Shown: positions 27,306-39,173 of the stretch, in pieces | How the letters are laid out: every line of letters starts with the position of its first letter | How positions within the stretch are numbered: the first letter of the stretch is position 1 | Assembly (NCBI GenBank): GCA_964016885.1 | Contig: OZ024744.1 | Span: 88,040,001 to 88,104,000 of the forward strand | DNA length: 64,000 nt | Direction of reading: 5' to 3' | Origin: Eledone cirrhosa | Taxonomy: Eukaryota | The notes under the pieces: model-generated | What the model was told of the DNA's origin: nothing | The model's database searches: none | Seen by the model: the letters and a program-made list of their open reading frames with translations, nothing else | Made by a program: the position numbers and the translations under genes

Positions 27306-27597
27306 TAATAGACGCTTATTTGAGATATGTTACCTGATAGCGGTAATTTGGTCACCCTTTAGTAGTTTCTGTAACTGAAATGGAAAATGGGTGAGCGACT
27401 TCTTGGAGACTGGCGAGCGATTATCGTACAAGGGTCTGTTAGCCTCACTACTGTGCGCAACACTACCATGAGCGGAGTTAGGCCTATTTATAAAATTACA
27501 TTTAATATTTAATATTACGTTAGCGTGTCGGATAAAATCCATTGCTATAAACTTGGAAGATAATGATTCAGTACGAAATATCTCATACTTTCTTTAT

Positions 27598-27800
27598 TTA
27601 AACCTAATCCGAAATCCTAAATTTACACTCTAACCATAAATCTAAGACCTAAAACCCAACCCAAAACCCCACTACATAACTCCAGGCTTGAAACCTAACC
27701 CCAAGTCCCAAGCCTAACCCAAACACTAGACCTAACTGTAAACCCTAAAATCTTAGCCATAAACCCTAACCCTTCAATCCTAACCTTAAACCCTGACTCT
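27598..27800. repeat. Degenerate (CCCTAA)-like repeat tract
   Basis: Repeated aaccctaa/cctaaccc variants with strong C-strand bias. Confidence 0.6.
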
Positions 27801-28059
27801 ACTCACAAACTATAATTTACGGCGTATTGCAAAACCCAAAACGGAGATGAGTAGGGACGTTGTACTGCCAACGGAAACTTTTTCTTTTGTATAATCATAA
27901 TATTCGATATATAAAACATTTCTGAAAACAATTTTGACGTCATCAGATTTCACGCGGCTGATTTTGCGTCACAATTGCAACCAATAATAATATTTTATCG
28001 TTAAAAATGTGTCTTTTGTGGTTATAAAAACGGAAAATGAAGGGAAAGGCAAGGATTCA

Positions 28060-28470
28060 TGGTCACAGAAGAATTGGGAGGAGGAAGGAGAATGGCCTTA
28101 GGCGTAGGGCGCGGTGGTGTTGGGGCTGTGACCCGTAGACAAGACCATAAAAGCATTCCCGTGGATAATGTTCAGCAACACCCGCTGCAACATCCACTCC
28201 CCCTCGCAGGGCTCATTCCTCAGACGGGCCACCGACGTTCCAATCTTGTGGAGGAGCTCGGAAGTATGGGGTCCAAGTATGACTGAGGTCTCGACGGCGA
28301 CAGGTGCGAAGTGGAAGCGGCCGGACAATCCCCGGTATTTGTTTTCCTTTCCTCTGCATTGCGGACCGCAGTACCCTGATTTGTGGCTGGGACGTCACAA
28401 CATGTGGCGTCCCAGATGAGAGATCTACCTCTTTCGAATAGGAAGAATTAATTCCATCAGGCGCTTGATC
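28060..28470 (-). mobile_element. CRE-like retrotransposon 3' fragment
   Basis: PDGINSSYS..GRSLIWDATCCD; LSGRFHFAPVAVETSVILGP..ELLHKIG...EGEWMLQRVLLNIIHGNAFMVLS. Confidence 0.78.
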
Positions 28471-29600
28471 GGCTTTGACCTCGATGATGGTAGAGACAGA
28501 ATATAGCCCTTTTTCAGTTCGACAGGTTAAATCCCTATTCTGGGATTCCATATGTTGTGTCACGTTTTCCGCTGCCAACTCCATCTCGTCGGACACAAAC
28601 CTGTGCACTACCACCCGTAACTCAGAGGCGCGTGAAATAACAAAATAACAGGCTTTGACCAACCGCTTCATTTCTTGTTCCGGCTACCGTTGATATATCC
28701 AGTGTCCTCGGTATCTGGACTGACATTATTTTTTTGGCAAACGCAGGAGCTCCCTCATCTAATAAAGGAGACCTGTAAGGTAGAAAGGCCGATGGAGTGG
28801 GTGTCAGTCAGCGGCAACGATTCCACTCTCTTGTCTTTCTGGTGCCACCCTTCTTCTTTGCTCACTTATTCCTGGTAGGGTCTTGGGAGCATGCCTTACA
28901 GCAAGTCCTGTCAGAAACAACCACCTCCAATTAATCCGGCTGAATCCCCATGTGCGACGAACCGAGTTCACTAATGTTATCTAATCATCTTGCTTGGCGT
29001 CTTCCTGCGGTTGCTTTTGCCCGTAAAATTTGTCCAGCGATTCTTTCCTGAAACATTCTAACCAAATGTCCGTTATATTGGAGCTGTGATTTCTCAATTC
29101 GGAGAAGTAACGGCTCTACCTGGATCAATATTTTGATCTCCGAGCCACGCACTCTACATAGTAACGTTGCTTCTAAGACTCCTCAGAGGAACGCCATTTC
29201 AGCCGCTTGTATTCGCGATCGTATTATTTTGGTTATTAACCCAAGATTCCCCGACATGTCTTTTAATATTTTTGCCACCGTTTCTTTTTCTCCGTTTACT
29301 AATGTCTTTTTAAACATTTACTCCTGTTTGCTAATAAATATTCCCTACCATTTCAAAATAAGAAAGAAATTAAAACAATTACGACCGGCAGCACACTCAA
29401 AAACCGTGAGTGATGAGAAAGAGAAAGAGAAATCCAAAGAAATTGTCGACAAAGAATTAAGTTGGTATACTTATCCCGTGGCTCCATCTACACTATTTCT
29501 TTTTAAGTCATACGTTCCAGCTCACTACATATTTCTATTTTATAATAACTTTATATTGGTAAAGTAAAAATAAAAGACAATGATTTCGAATTGATTCTGA

Positions 29601-29606
29601 TTTATT
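29601..29606 (-). terminator. Putative polyadenylation signal of the EB1-like gene
   Basis: AATAAA on the minus strand ~190 nt after the stop, followed ~20-40 nt later by a U-rich tract (ttgtcttttatttttacttt). Confidence 0.45.
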
Positions 29607-29798
29607 GCAAGAATAGCACACCTTTCTTAAGGGCATTAGCATTGTTTGGTTAATAATGTGTCAAAATTTGGAATCGTAATCGTGCCCCCACACTCGGCCT
29701 CACAAAGAATGAATGGTAATTAGAAGTACAGAATATTTTACACTAAAAATAATATCAGTCGAGTGAAGATAATATTCAAATGATAATTTACCATTGGT

Positions 29799-30743
29799 TT
29801 AAAAAGAATCGTTAGTCTCTTTTAAAATTACAACAATTTCTTCGTAAAATATTTTCAATTGTTCGATCAGATTCGGTGTGAAATATTCAGTCGTATCTAG
29901 AACATTGGCTACTGGAAAGCAGGCTTCATCCATTTTCTTTAATGCTTCCAGCAAGATAATGTTTTTTTTAGTTGCATTCTCCAGAGCATATTTCAATTGC
30001 ATGTTATCATGTTCCAAGCTCATGTTGTTTTGTTCCAGTGCTGCTGTAATTGATTTGAAGTATTCATTTTCATCGGTTGCAGAATTCGACATTTCGTCGG
30101 AATCTACGGATATCTTTGATGCAGCCTTTTTTTCTGTATCATTTCTACTTCTTGTGCTTTCAGATTTCGTATTATCAGACTTTCTGTTTTCAGTTCTAGT
30201 CCTATCACTCTTTCTGTTCTCAATCTTAGGGCTAATGTTTGGTGATTTGATCTCATTCGTAGATTCGTTTTCCACTGATTCGTTATCTTCGACTTCAGTA
30301 GGCGTTCCGGGAATTGATGCAATCCTTGACCCTTTCTTCTTACAATATTGAGCCCGCAACTCGCCTATATCATATGGTTGTGAATGGTAGTTTACTTCAA
30401 AAAAAGATCTATACCACAAACCGAAGAAAAAATTGTATTTAAATGTTCCCTTTATGATATCATCAATAGGTATATCTTTCTTTAAGTGTATCATATTTAG
30501 AGCAGCTCGTAATTGTATGAAATTCATCCGTCTAAAATATTCACAGACATCTAGAAATTTTACTTTCTTCATTTCTACACTACCCGGAAATAATATTTCC
30601 ATGCCGAGGCAATAATCCGCTCCTGTACAAAGCTCCTCGAGATCGTGTAGTTCTGGTGAAAGGTATTTACGAAACCAATTTATCAGTTCATATTTGCTTA
30701 CTTTTTTAACAGGAAAATGTGTAACTGCCATAGTTTTCTTCAT
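29799..30743 (-). CDS. EB1: Divergent RP/EB-family (EB1/MAPRE-like) microtubule end-binding protein, single coding exon; likely start MAVT at 30731
   Basis: CH domain LINW...LEELCTGADYCLGMEILFPGSVEMKKVKF..NF..L...IPIDDIIKGTFKYNFFFGLWYRSFFEVNY..YD aligns by eye with EB1 ([29 protein letters not shown]...[29 protein letters not shown]). A charged linker and coiled coil follow, and the end IVVILKETNDSF resembles IVDILYATDEGF. The 314-codon frame is intact in AT-rich DNA. Confidence 0.88.
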   Translation of the reverse strand: MKKTMAVTHFPVKKVSKYELINWFRKYLSPELHDLEELCTGADYCLGMEILFPGSVEMKKVKFLDVCEYFRRMNFIQLRAALNMIHLKKDIPIDDIIKGTFKYNFFFGLWYRSFFEVNYHSQPYDIGELRAQYCKKKGSRIASIPGTPTEVEDNESVENESTNEIKSPNISPKIENRKSDRTRTENRKSDNTKSESTRSRNDTEKKAASKISVDSDEMSNSATDENEYFKSITAALEQNNMSLEHDNMQLKYALENATKKNIILLEALKKMDEACFPVANVLDTTEYFTPNLIEQLKIFYEEIVVILKETNDSF

Positions 30744-31117
30744 TGGAAAAAAATGATGAGACCTACCGACAGAGTAAAGACAAATTGTAGATTTAACGTA
30801 TGATGTCTGAAACGTTAAAGTATTTAAACGTTAACAATTGAAAAGAGAAAGAAGTCTTTATGCGATAGCGTCTCTCTGATTTTACTTTCTTTCGTTACTT
30901 TTATTTTTTTTTTTTGTTTTTTTGACTTTTTAAAATAAGGAAAACTGATAGATCAGCTTTAGAAAAAAAAAAGATTCAATTCATGAGCTGTTAATGACGT
31001 AATAACATAAAGAGTGTTTTCTTTTTGTTTTTTATTTTGTTTTTTGGTTAGTGACTTCTTATTTATATAAATATGTCTAAACAGAAAAAAAAAAAAGAAA
31101 TGATATTGAATAATGAT

Positions 31118-31332
31118 TACTCGTATAGGCACAAGGCCAGTACTTTGGGGGAAGGGAAAGTCGATTAAATCGACTCCAGTACGTTACTGGTGCTTTATTG
31201 TATCGACCCCCGTAAGGATGAAAGACAAAGTTAACCTCGGCGGGATTTGAACTCAGACCGTAAAATGCCGTAACTCTATGCTACAAAGCATGCTGTCCGA
31301 CTCTCTACTGATACTGCCAAATTACCACCCTC
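31118..31332 (-). mobile_element. tRNA-derived SINE
   Basis: Full SINE body with imperfect aatgatatt-type direct flanks. Confidence 0.85.
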
Positions 31333-31489
31333 AATGATATTAAACAATAAAAATAAGATGGAAGGGTGAGGGGAGCGGTATACACTACTCCTAATTAGCC
31401 AGTATATCTCATCGGCGCCCTGCTGACAAAATAGCGGAAGCATTACCTCTGAGAATAGCCAGAGATACACGTTGTTTCAGCCACGCCAC

Positions 31490-33550
31490 TTCACTGGGCA
31501 CCTTCTTCGGGCGAGATACACTCCTCCTAATGTTACGGAGGAGAATAGGTCACCGGGGACATTAGAAGTTTCGACAGTAACCGGTACGAAAAAGAAGTGG
31601 TCAGTCAAGTCCTGATATTTAAATATCTTCTGCCCATTTCTGTTATGGACGCTGGGGCTCGGATGTGTTGCCGAAGCGACAAGGTTGAGGTGAAAAAGAT
31701 ATCACAGTACATAGTGTCCCAGATTAATAATTTACACCACTTCAATACGTAAAATATTATGCTGCCTCTAAGCTTACTGTCACCAATGTCGGAGCCGGCA
31801 GGCTCTAGTTCTGACGGGAAATATATCGTGTTAAGTCTATTTATGATGTTATTCCAGGTAGTGTGTCAAGGAAAACTATCTGCATCATGGCGATAAGAGA
31901 GCAGTTGTAGTCCGAAATTGTGTATCATAGCTCTACGAAGACATTATTGTAGTTCTTACACACATAGAACAAGGCGCAGTACCTCTTCAAATGCAAGTAC
32001 ACTCATCTTCAAAAAAGATCTCGGTCGGTTGAAGAGGAGAGCACCAAATTGAACCAAAGGCTACATTTTGGCTGCGAGGCAGGTCGGATGCAGGTGAGAC
32101 TGCAAATGATAACTAAGTCCACATGTAATTTGAGCTGCATTCGATGTCATACCAATTGCACTGGTATCTTGCTAATTGGCGTGCAGGTTTTCCACCGTCA
32201 ACCCAAACGACCAGAGTTGACTCACGCTCTCGGTCCAAATTGGGTTCTGACGGTTTGCAGAGAACCTTGTTAATGAGGCTACGGTTGGAAATAGTGGATG
32301 ATAGGAAGATCAGGAAACGTATCATTGAGGCGCGATCTGTCAGTGATCTTCGACGGGTTAGCTTTTTTAGTCGAGAATGTAGGCATTATACTTCGGCGTA
32401 AGACGTATCCAACTCAGAACGAACCGAATAGTTTGTACAGCGTGGTCACATTGAGTTTGACTTTAACTGAAATGTATCACCACTGACTTGTACGAGCGAA
32501 TCTCGAGTTTGAAGAACGATAGGACAGGGATGATGTTCGGCAATTCGTCAACGACAGAGTCAAGTGAGCCACCCAGTGTCACGTCGTCCAGATACCAGAC
32601 ATTGAAAGATGAGCAGGCTGAATTTGCAATATCGTCGGCATTAAACACAAAGATGAATGAAACGAAAAAGTAACTTTGCTAGACACCTGTGACTATAGTA
32701 ATAATGTTGTCAGCAGCAATGAAACTGCTAGGTGTCTTGTAAAAGAGATGCACCAGAAGGAGTGTCGAATAGATAAGTCCCTGACACGTCATGCCTAACA
32801 CCAAAAAAGGAGTTTCAAATTTTCAACTTTGCCAGTAGGTGAGTTGACGATGGGGATTCATGATCAATGAAAAATATAGCTATTGAGCTGGACTAGGCGC
32901 ATTTCCGTGCTGAGGTACTTTACAACTAAACTGCAGGTTATCTTGGCCACAGACCACCAAAAGACATTACCCACTGTGATAGGCCGCATATCTCTGTCAT
33001 CTTTTTTTCAGTGCAGTCAGGCTGACTAAGAAAAAAATATCGCGCAAAGGTGACTATTTGGCTGAAGCATACGTACTCTGGGCTCTACTATGGGGAAGGA
33101 TCTCAGTGCAGCTCCCCCTCGTCGGATGGGACAGGACTATATCTTTTGCAAGAGGCTGAAGGTCTGACTCTTTCAGTCGGAGAGCGGCTAGAACTTCGGA
33201 TGTAGGCAGCAGGACCGTGTCATTCGAATCCAAACACGAGCCACGATAAAAACGTCACCCACAACTAATTTGCAATTCACTCAGCCACGGAGACGTTTCG
33301 TGCTATACACCGGGAACTTAGTGTTTGCTATCGGTATGGGTGAACAGCAAGAGAGAACAGAAAGACTAGATGAAGACGGGCGATAGAAGGAAGCGATGTT
33401 TGTCTCAGAGTTTCGAAACATGTCCTCCTTCATCACCAGGATTACGAGTAAGAGAGTAGCGAAATAGAACGTCTGGTTCAAGTCTTGCGGAGTGATGATA
33501 ATGTGCCTGGTGGATGGATTACGTTAAGGCTTCCGTTGTGAGAATGCACG
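31490..33550 (-). mobile_element. Heavily decayed CRE-like retrotransposon (RT region)
   Basis: MRPITVGNVFW, FNVWYLDDVTLGGSLDSV, and F.FVPVTVETSNV near 31560-31600. Confidence 0.7.
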
Positions 33551-34143
33551 CCGCTTGCGCTCCTAACAGTTACTGAGCACGACTGTCAATGGTGGGAAAT
33601 CACTTATTTAGCTATGCATATGGATTACATGCAGTACATCTGTTTTCTGTGGCCTTCCTGCTATTCTCGCCATCTACAGATTCATCGTAAAGCAATACAG
33701 TTTATACAAAGTGTATATTTTAACGCTTAGTCAAGCTGGAAGGAGCAATGCCCATGAATCTTCATTTTTACAGCGCTTCTGAAATATGTGTAGAAGGGAA
33801 AAGATTGTTCCCATAATTCATACCTGTCCCGAACGCTGGCAAACAATATGGGGTGAGTAAACCAGGTGATATTTATGTCTACAACACAAAAACTCGGAAC
33901 GCAAAAAGCGGTACATATACACATGATCACACATGATCACACACACACACACACATATACACAAGTGCGCGCGCGCAAACACACACATACGCACATCTAT
34001 ATGTATCACGTGATTCTACATACTTTTCATCTATTAAAGTTCATGCTCAATTGGTTTATTAGTAGATATTTATTTGCCCAGTGTGCCTCAGGTTACGAAT
34101 CGAAGTTTTTAAGACAGCCATATACATGCATACATACATAAAT

Positions 34144-34227
<84 letters not shown>

Positions 34228-34617
34228 ATGTGGTTTTGTCTTTGCGTGTAATTGTTCTCACCGCTCCACATAGTGAAGTATTATCTTCGTTTTTTCCGTT
34301 CATTGCCAGGGAACATCTCCACGAACCACCTAAATAGAATATTAGTCCACGACTTCATTTATACATAAACTTGGTTTTGTCTTTGCGTGTAATTGTTCTC
34401 ACCGTTCCAAATAATGACGTATTATCTTCGTTTTTACCGTTCATTGCCAGGAAACGTCTCCACGAACCAAAGTATCGTCTTCCTGTCTTCCTTCGGTTGC
34501 AACATTTTTCGAAATATTTACTTCTGCGTTCACAGATTGATTTTTTTTTACTTTCAGAAGATCCCGTTAAGGGTGAAAGCAGCGATTCTTTGCTTAAATA
34601 TTAATCTGTTATTTTAA
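34228..34617 (+). mobile_element. Separate, more diverged partial pLTR of PLE family C
   Basis: Direct similarity to 37880-38270, including the ~140-bp sub-repeats and the hammerhead-like motif at 34550-34600. Confidence 0.8.
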
Positions 34618-35222
34618 TATATATATATATTTATTAAAATAACAGATTCAAGTTTAAGCAAAGAATCGCTGCTTTCACCCTTAACGGGATCTTCTGAAAC
34701 TAACAAAGTCAATCTGTAAACGCAGAACTGGATATTTCAAAAAACGTTGGAACCGGAGGAAGACAGGAAGACGATACTTTGGTTCGTGGAAACGTTCTCT
34801 GGCTAAGAACGGGAAAAAACGAATATAATACGTCATTAATAGGAGCGGTGAAAAACAATTACGCGCAAAGACAGAACCACGTTTATGGTATAATAGAGGT
34901 CGTAGACTAATGTTCTCTTAGGTGGTGCATAGAGACGTTCTCTGGCGATGAACGAAAAAAACGAAGATAATACGTCATATGTGGAGCGTGGAGAACAATA
35001 GCCCGCAAAGACAAAACCACGTAAATGGTATAGCAGAAGTCGTAGACTAAATTCTAACTAGGAGACCGAATGAATCTCCGCTACGGAGTTAAGAACAAAG
35101 TAAATAAATACAATACAGAAGTAATAGAAATAAATAAATACATACACGCAAACAGAAACGTACATACACAAGCATACGCAAAAACTTACAATAGGTAAAC
35201 AAAACCACGCACATATAAATAT

Positions 35223-37269
35223 GTGTGTGTGTGTATTAAAAGGTTGCGTTGGCGGGCCTTTTACTTCGATAATCCGCGAAAAGCAGACAACAAACAGGAT
35301 AAATTTGGATTTAAAACCTATAATAACCCCCCGTGTAACCCAGCATTGCTACCCTTCGAAAATGATGTCTTGGAACTCATTCGGAGTATCAAATTTCGGA
35401 ATAGGAGCAATTCCTTCCAGCTAGACCTGAAGAATAGAATTCGTTCTATTAAGGATTCTAATGCCGTGCACGTCCATTCCGACAAAACTGGCAACCTATA
35501 TCAAGTGGAGCGCAGTACTTACCATCAACTACTACATAATGCTGTAACTAAGGATTACCGTAAAACTAATCGGTGCGTCATCAATGAAATCAACGATGCT
35601 GGGTTTAAAATCACATCTGATCTCAACATCCTGGACCGGACCGAACCTCTGGACCCTATTTCTCCCCACTTTACCGTGAAGGATCACAAATCCAATTTTC
35701 CGAACCATTCCTCTATTCGGCTTATTAACCCTACGAAGTCCGATTTAGTTAGACTTAGTAAGACGATTCTTGATAGAATTATACCTGAAATTAGAAGTTT
35801 GGCCCCTCTTGCACTGTGGGACAATTCCTTCGCGGTGATTGATTGGTTCAACGGCATATGTAACAAGGAACATTGCCGTTTTATCCAATTTGACATCAAC
35901 AATTACTACTCCTCCATCACTTTACCACTTCTCCTTAGAGCTATCAATTTCGCTAAAACACTCACAGTGGTTAAGGATTTCGAAGTTGATGTCATCCTCA
36001 ATGCCCGTAAGTCGGTGATTAATTTAGACGACTCTATTTGGATTAAAAAAATCCAATAGTACCCCATTCGACGTGAGTATGGGCGCCAGTGATTCTGCGG
36101 AGGTTACTGATCTTATCGACCTATTCCTTCTTTTCACTATCAAGGACGAATTCCCCAACGCGGGCGGTGGTTTGTACCGTGACGATGGTCTTTTGACCAT
36201 GACTAAGTGTGGACCTCGTGCTTGCGACAGGTTCAGAAAAGAACTCACAGCCTTCTTTAAAGGCTTCAACCTCTCTATACAGGTTGAGGCCAATCTCTCG
36301 GTCGTTAATTACCTCGACGTTACCCTCAACTTATTGAATGGGTTGTATTACCCGTATAGAAAGCCGAATGATACGCTTAATTACATAAGTAAGCATTCCA
36401 ACCATCCTGCCAGCATAACAAAGAACCTGGTAAGAAACGTTTCGTTGAGGCTTTCCCGTCTTTCCACCAACGAGCGTATTTTCAACGACCATTCCACTTA
36501 TTACAATGAAGCTCTTGCTCGAAGTGGATTTGTCGATAAGGTAGCATATACAGAGTACAAAAATAGACCTAGAAGAAATAGATCCCGTCGCATTTGTTGG
36601 TATAACCCACCATATAATATGGAGGTGGCCACACCATTAGCTAAGATCTTTCTTTCCCTTATTACGAAGCATTTTCCCCCTACACATAAATATAGTAAAA
36701 TGTTTAATAGAAATACTATTAAAATGTCTTACTCTACGACTCCTAACCTTGCACATAACATCACAGCTTCAAATTTAGCTAAACTACCTAGCCGTAGGAA
36801 CACGTGCAACCCTGTAGTTAGTACTAACTGTAATTGTAGGAATCAGGTTGATTGCCCCCTATCCGGGAAATGCCTCTCTAGTAACATTGTCTACAAATGT
36901 AAGGTTGTAACACCCACGTCCCGTAGGGCCTACATAGGGTTAACCGCCTATAGATTCAAGCAGCGTCTTTACATGCATGCCCATTCTTTTCGTTACCCTC
37001 TAAGAAGGAATATGACGTCACTTTCAGCTTATATCTGGAGTCTAAAAGACAACCACACCCAATATAAGTTACACTGGGAGATCCTAGCGAGGGCTAGATC
37101 GTATAACGGAAATAAAAGACCATGTGACCTCTGCGCCGCTGAGGCCCTGGAAATACTCTACGCCACAGACCACATCTTAAACAAAAATTCTGAGGCAATT
37201 TCGGCTTGTAAACATAAATTGCACAAAACTTTCCTGTATTACAGCCCCACGTTATACCTTAACGGATAG
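35223..37269 (+). pseudogene. PLE RT-GIY-YIG polyprotein, broken by one +1 frameshift in A7 (36045-36051)
   Basis: SDKTGNLY, IRLINPTKSDL, FIQFDINNYYSSI, FDVSMGASDSAEV, GLYRDDGL, CNC..CPL.GKC, NIVYKC...AYIGLT..FKQR, CDLC..EAL.IL...LNKNSE. Confidence 0.92.
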
Positions 37270-38197
37270 TACGATCTATACGTGGATAATTTTACGTCTC
37301 GATGTGGGAGCTAAGTATATGTTTTATTTATACCTTTACTTATTTGCATAGGTAAGTATATATTATCCGTATGTTTTGTGAAGGTACGTATACTTCTCGT
37401 ACGTATATTTGATTGTTATGGCGTATAATTTTTTTATATATTCTGGTACATATGGTTCGGCTATGTGTATACGGGAGTTTTGCGTCTGTGTGAGTATGCA
37501 GGTTCGTACGTATGTAGGGCGTGTGTATATGTGTACTTCAAGTTTTGCTTGACTTACGTCTCCGAACATTCGTGTATTTACATGTAGGTATGTGTGTGGG
37601 CTTGTTATATACGTATTTATTTATTTATATACGTTTATATAATTATTTATTTATTTGTATACACGCTTACACACACATATTTATATGTGCGTGGTTTTGT
37701 TTACCTATGGTAAGTTTTTGCGTATGCTTGTGTATGTACGTTTCTGTTTGCGTGTATGTATTTATTTATTTCTATTACTTCTGTATTGTATTTATTTACA
37801 TTGTTCTTAACTCCGTAGCGGAGATTCATTCGGTCTCCTAGTTAGAATTTAGTCTACGACTTCTGCTATACCATTTACGTGGTTTTGTCTTTGCGGGCTA
37901 TTGTTCTCCACGCTCCACATATGACGTATTATCTTCGTTTTTTTCGTTCATCGCCAGAGAACGTCTCTATGCACCACCCAAGAGAACATTAGTCTACGAC
38001 CTCTATTATACCATAAACGTGGTTCTGTCTTTGCTCGTAATTGTTTTTCACCGCTCCTATTAATGACGTATTATATTCGTTTTTTCCCGTTCTTAGCCAG
38101 CGAACGTTTCCACGAACCAAAGTATCGTCTTCCTGTCTTCCTCCGGTTGCAACGTTTTTTGAAATATCCAGTTCTGCGTTTACAGATTTACTTTGTT

Positions 38198-38248
38198 AGT
38201 TTCAGAAGATCCCGTTAAGGGTGAAAGCAGCGATTCTTTGCTTAAACT
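38198..38248 (+). ncRNA. Hammerhead-like motif with CAGAAGA core (U4A); antisense copy 34651-34701, further copy 34550-34600
   Basis: AGUUU-CAGAAGA-U[CCC guuaa GGG]U-GAA-[AGCA gcgauucuu UGCU]-U/AAACU. All three stems can form. Confidence 0.55.
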
Positions 38249-38375
38249 TTAATCTGTTATTTTAATAAATATTTGCTCTACGGTTCTTATATATTTGATA
38301 TATATTTATCCTTATCGAGCCCTCTTTGGATTTTAGTCTTCACATTTATTATTATTACTATATATATATATATAT

Positions 38376-38605
38376 TTCGTTTCTGAATTTGTTTAGCAAA
38401 GAAAAGAATCCCCAGTCACTGAAGAGGTCACAGAATGTGTGACGAAAGAACTTTGACAATATATGAACAATCCTCTGGTTGTGGAACCAACCAACCAACC
38501 GGAAATTTATAAATTCCTAAATTTATAAATTTTATTTATAATAAATTGAAGTGAAATCATCTGGTGCGTGTGTTTCTTATTGGCAACACGACCCTCCCAA
38601 AGTAT

Positions 38606-38683
<78 letters not shown>

Positions 38684-38712
38684 ATATTGTTATACTTGGG
38701 GAGGGTCATATT
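38376..38712 (+). mobile_element. Short PLE family A pLTR copy with 25-bp inverted tail; hammerhead at 38415-38457
   Basis: 38400-38612 matches 845-1042; 38376-38400 is the reverse complement of 1076-1100. Confidence 0.85.
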
Positions 38713-39173
38713 TGTGTAATATTGCCAAAATTAATAACAGAACACACTCACTGTTGGGTTGGTTTTCGCTTCTCTCTTCTGTGTCTTTTATATCGGTAAT
38801 CTAACTTACTCGGTCCTCAATGTTGCCATTGACTGACCGACGGTCAAATATAATACAGATACAATATAGAAACAAACACATATATATAGATTATCATAAA
38901 TCTTTCGTTGCACATCTGCAACATCGTCAGTGGTGTTATATTTTCCTCCTGTTGTATTGTATGTCTACGCCATTTTTATTCAGTCTGTCTATATATTTAT
39001 TTATTTATTTGCTTGTTTGTTTATTTTATTTGTCTTCTTTGCGCATGCGTTTGCGTTTGTGTATAGTGTTTTGTTTGCTGTGTGATGGGTGACTAGTGTG
39101 TGTTTATGTGCTTGTTGTTATTGTGCTTGTGTATGTATTTATTCATCGCCGCTATATATATATATATATATAT

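Larger units (their letters stand above)
34629..38358 (+). mobile_element. Young 5'-truncated Penelope-like element (family C, YRDD-type RT, possibly Nematis-like) with ~600-bp inverted pLTR
   Basis: Arms 34629-35230 and 37669-38271 are near-identical inverted repeats. RT plus GIY-YIG ORF lies between them; (TA)n flanks. Confidence 0.92.
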
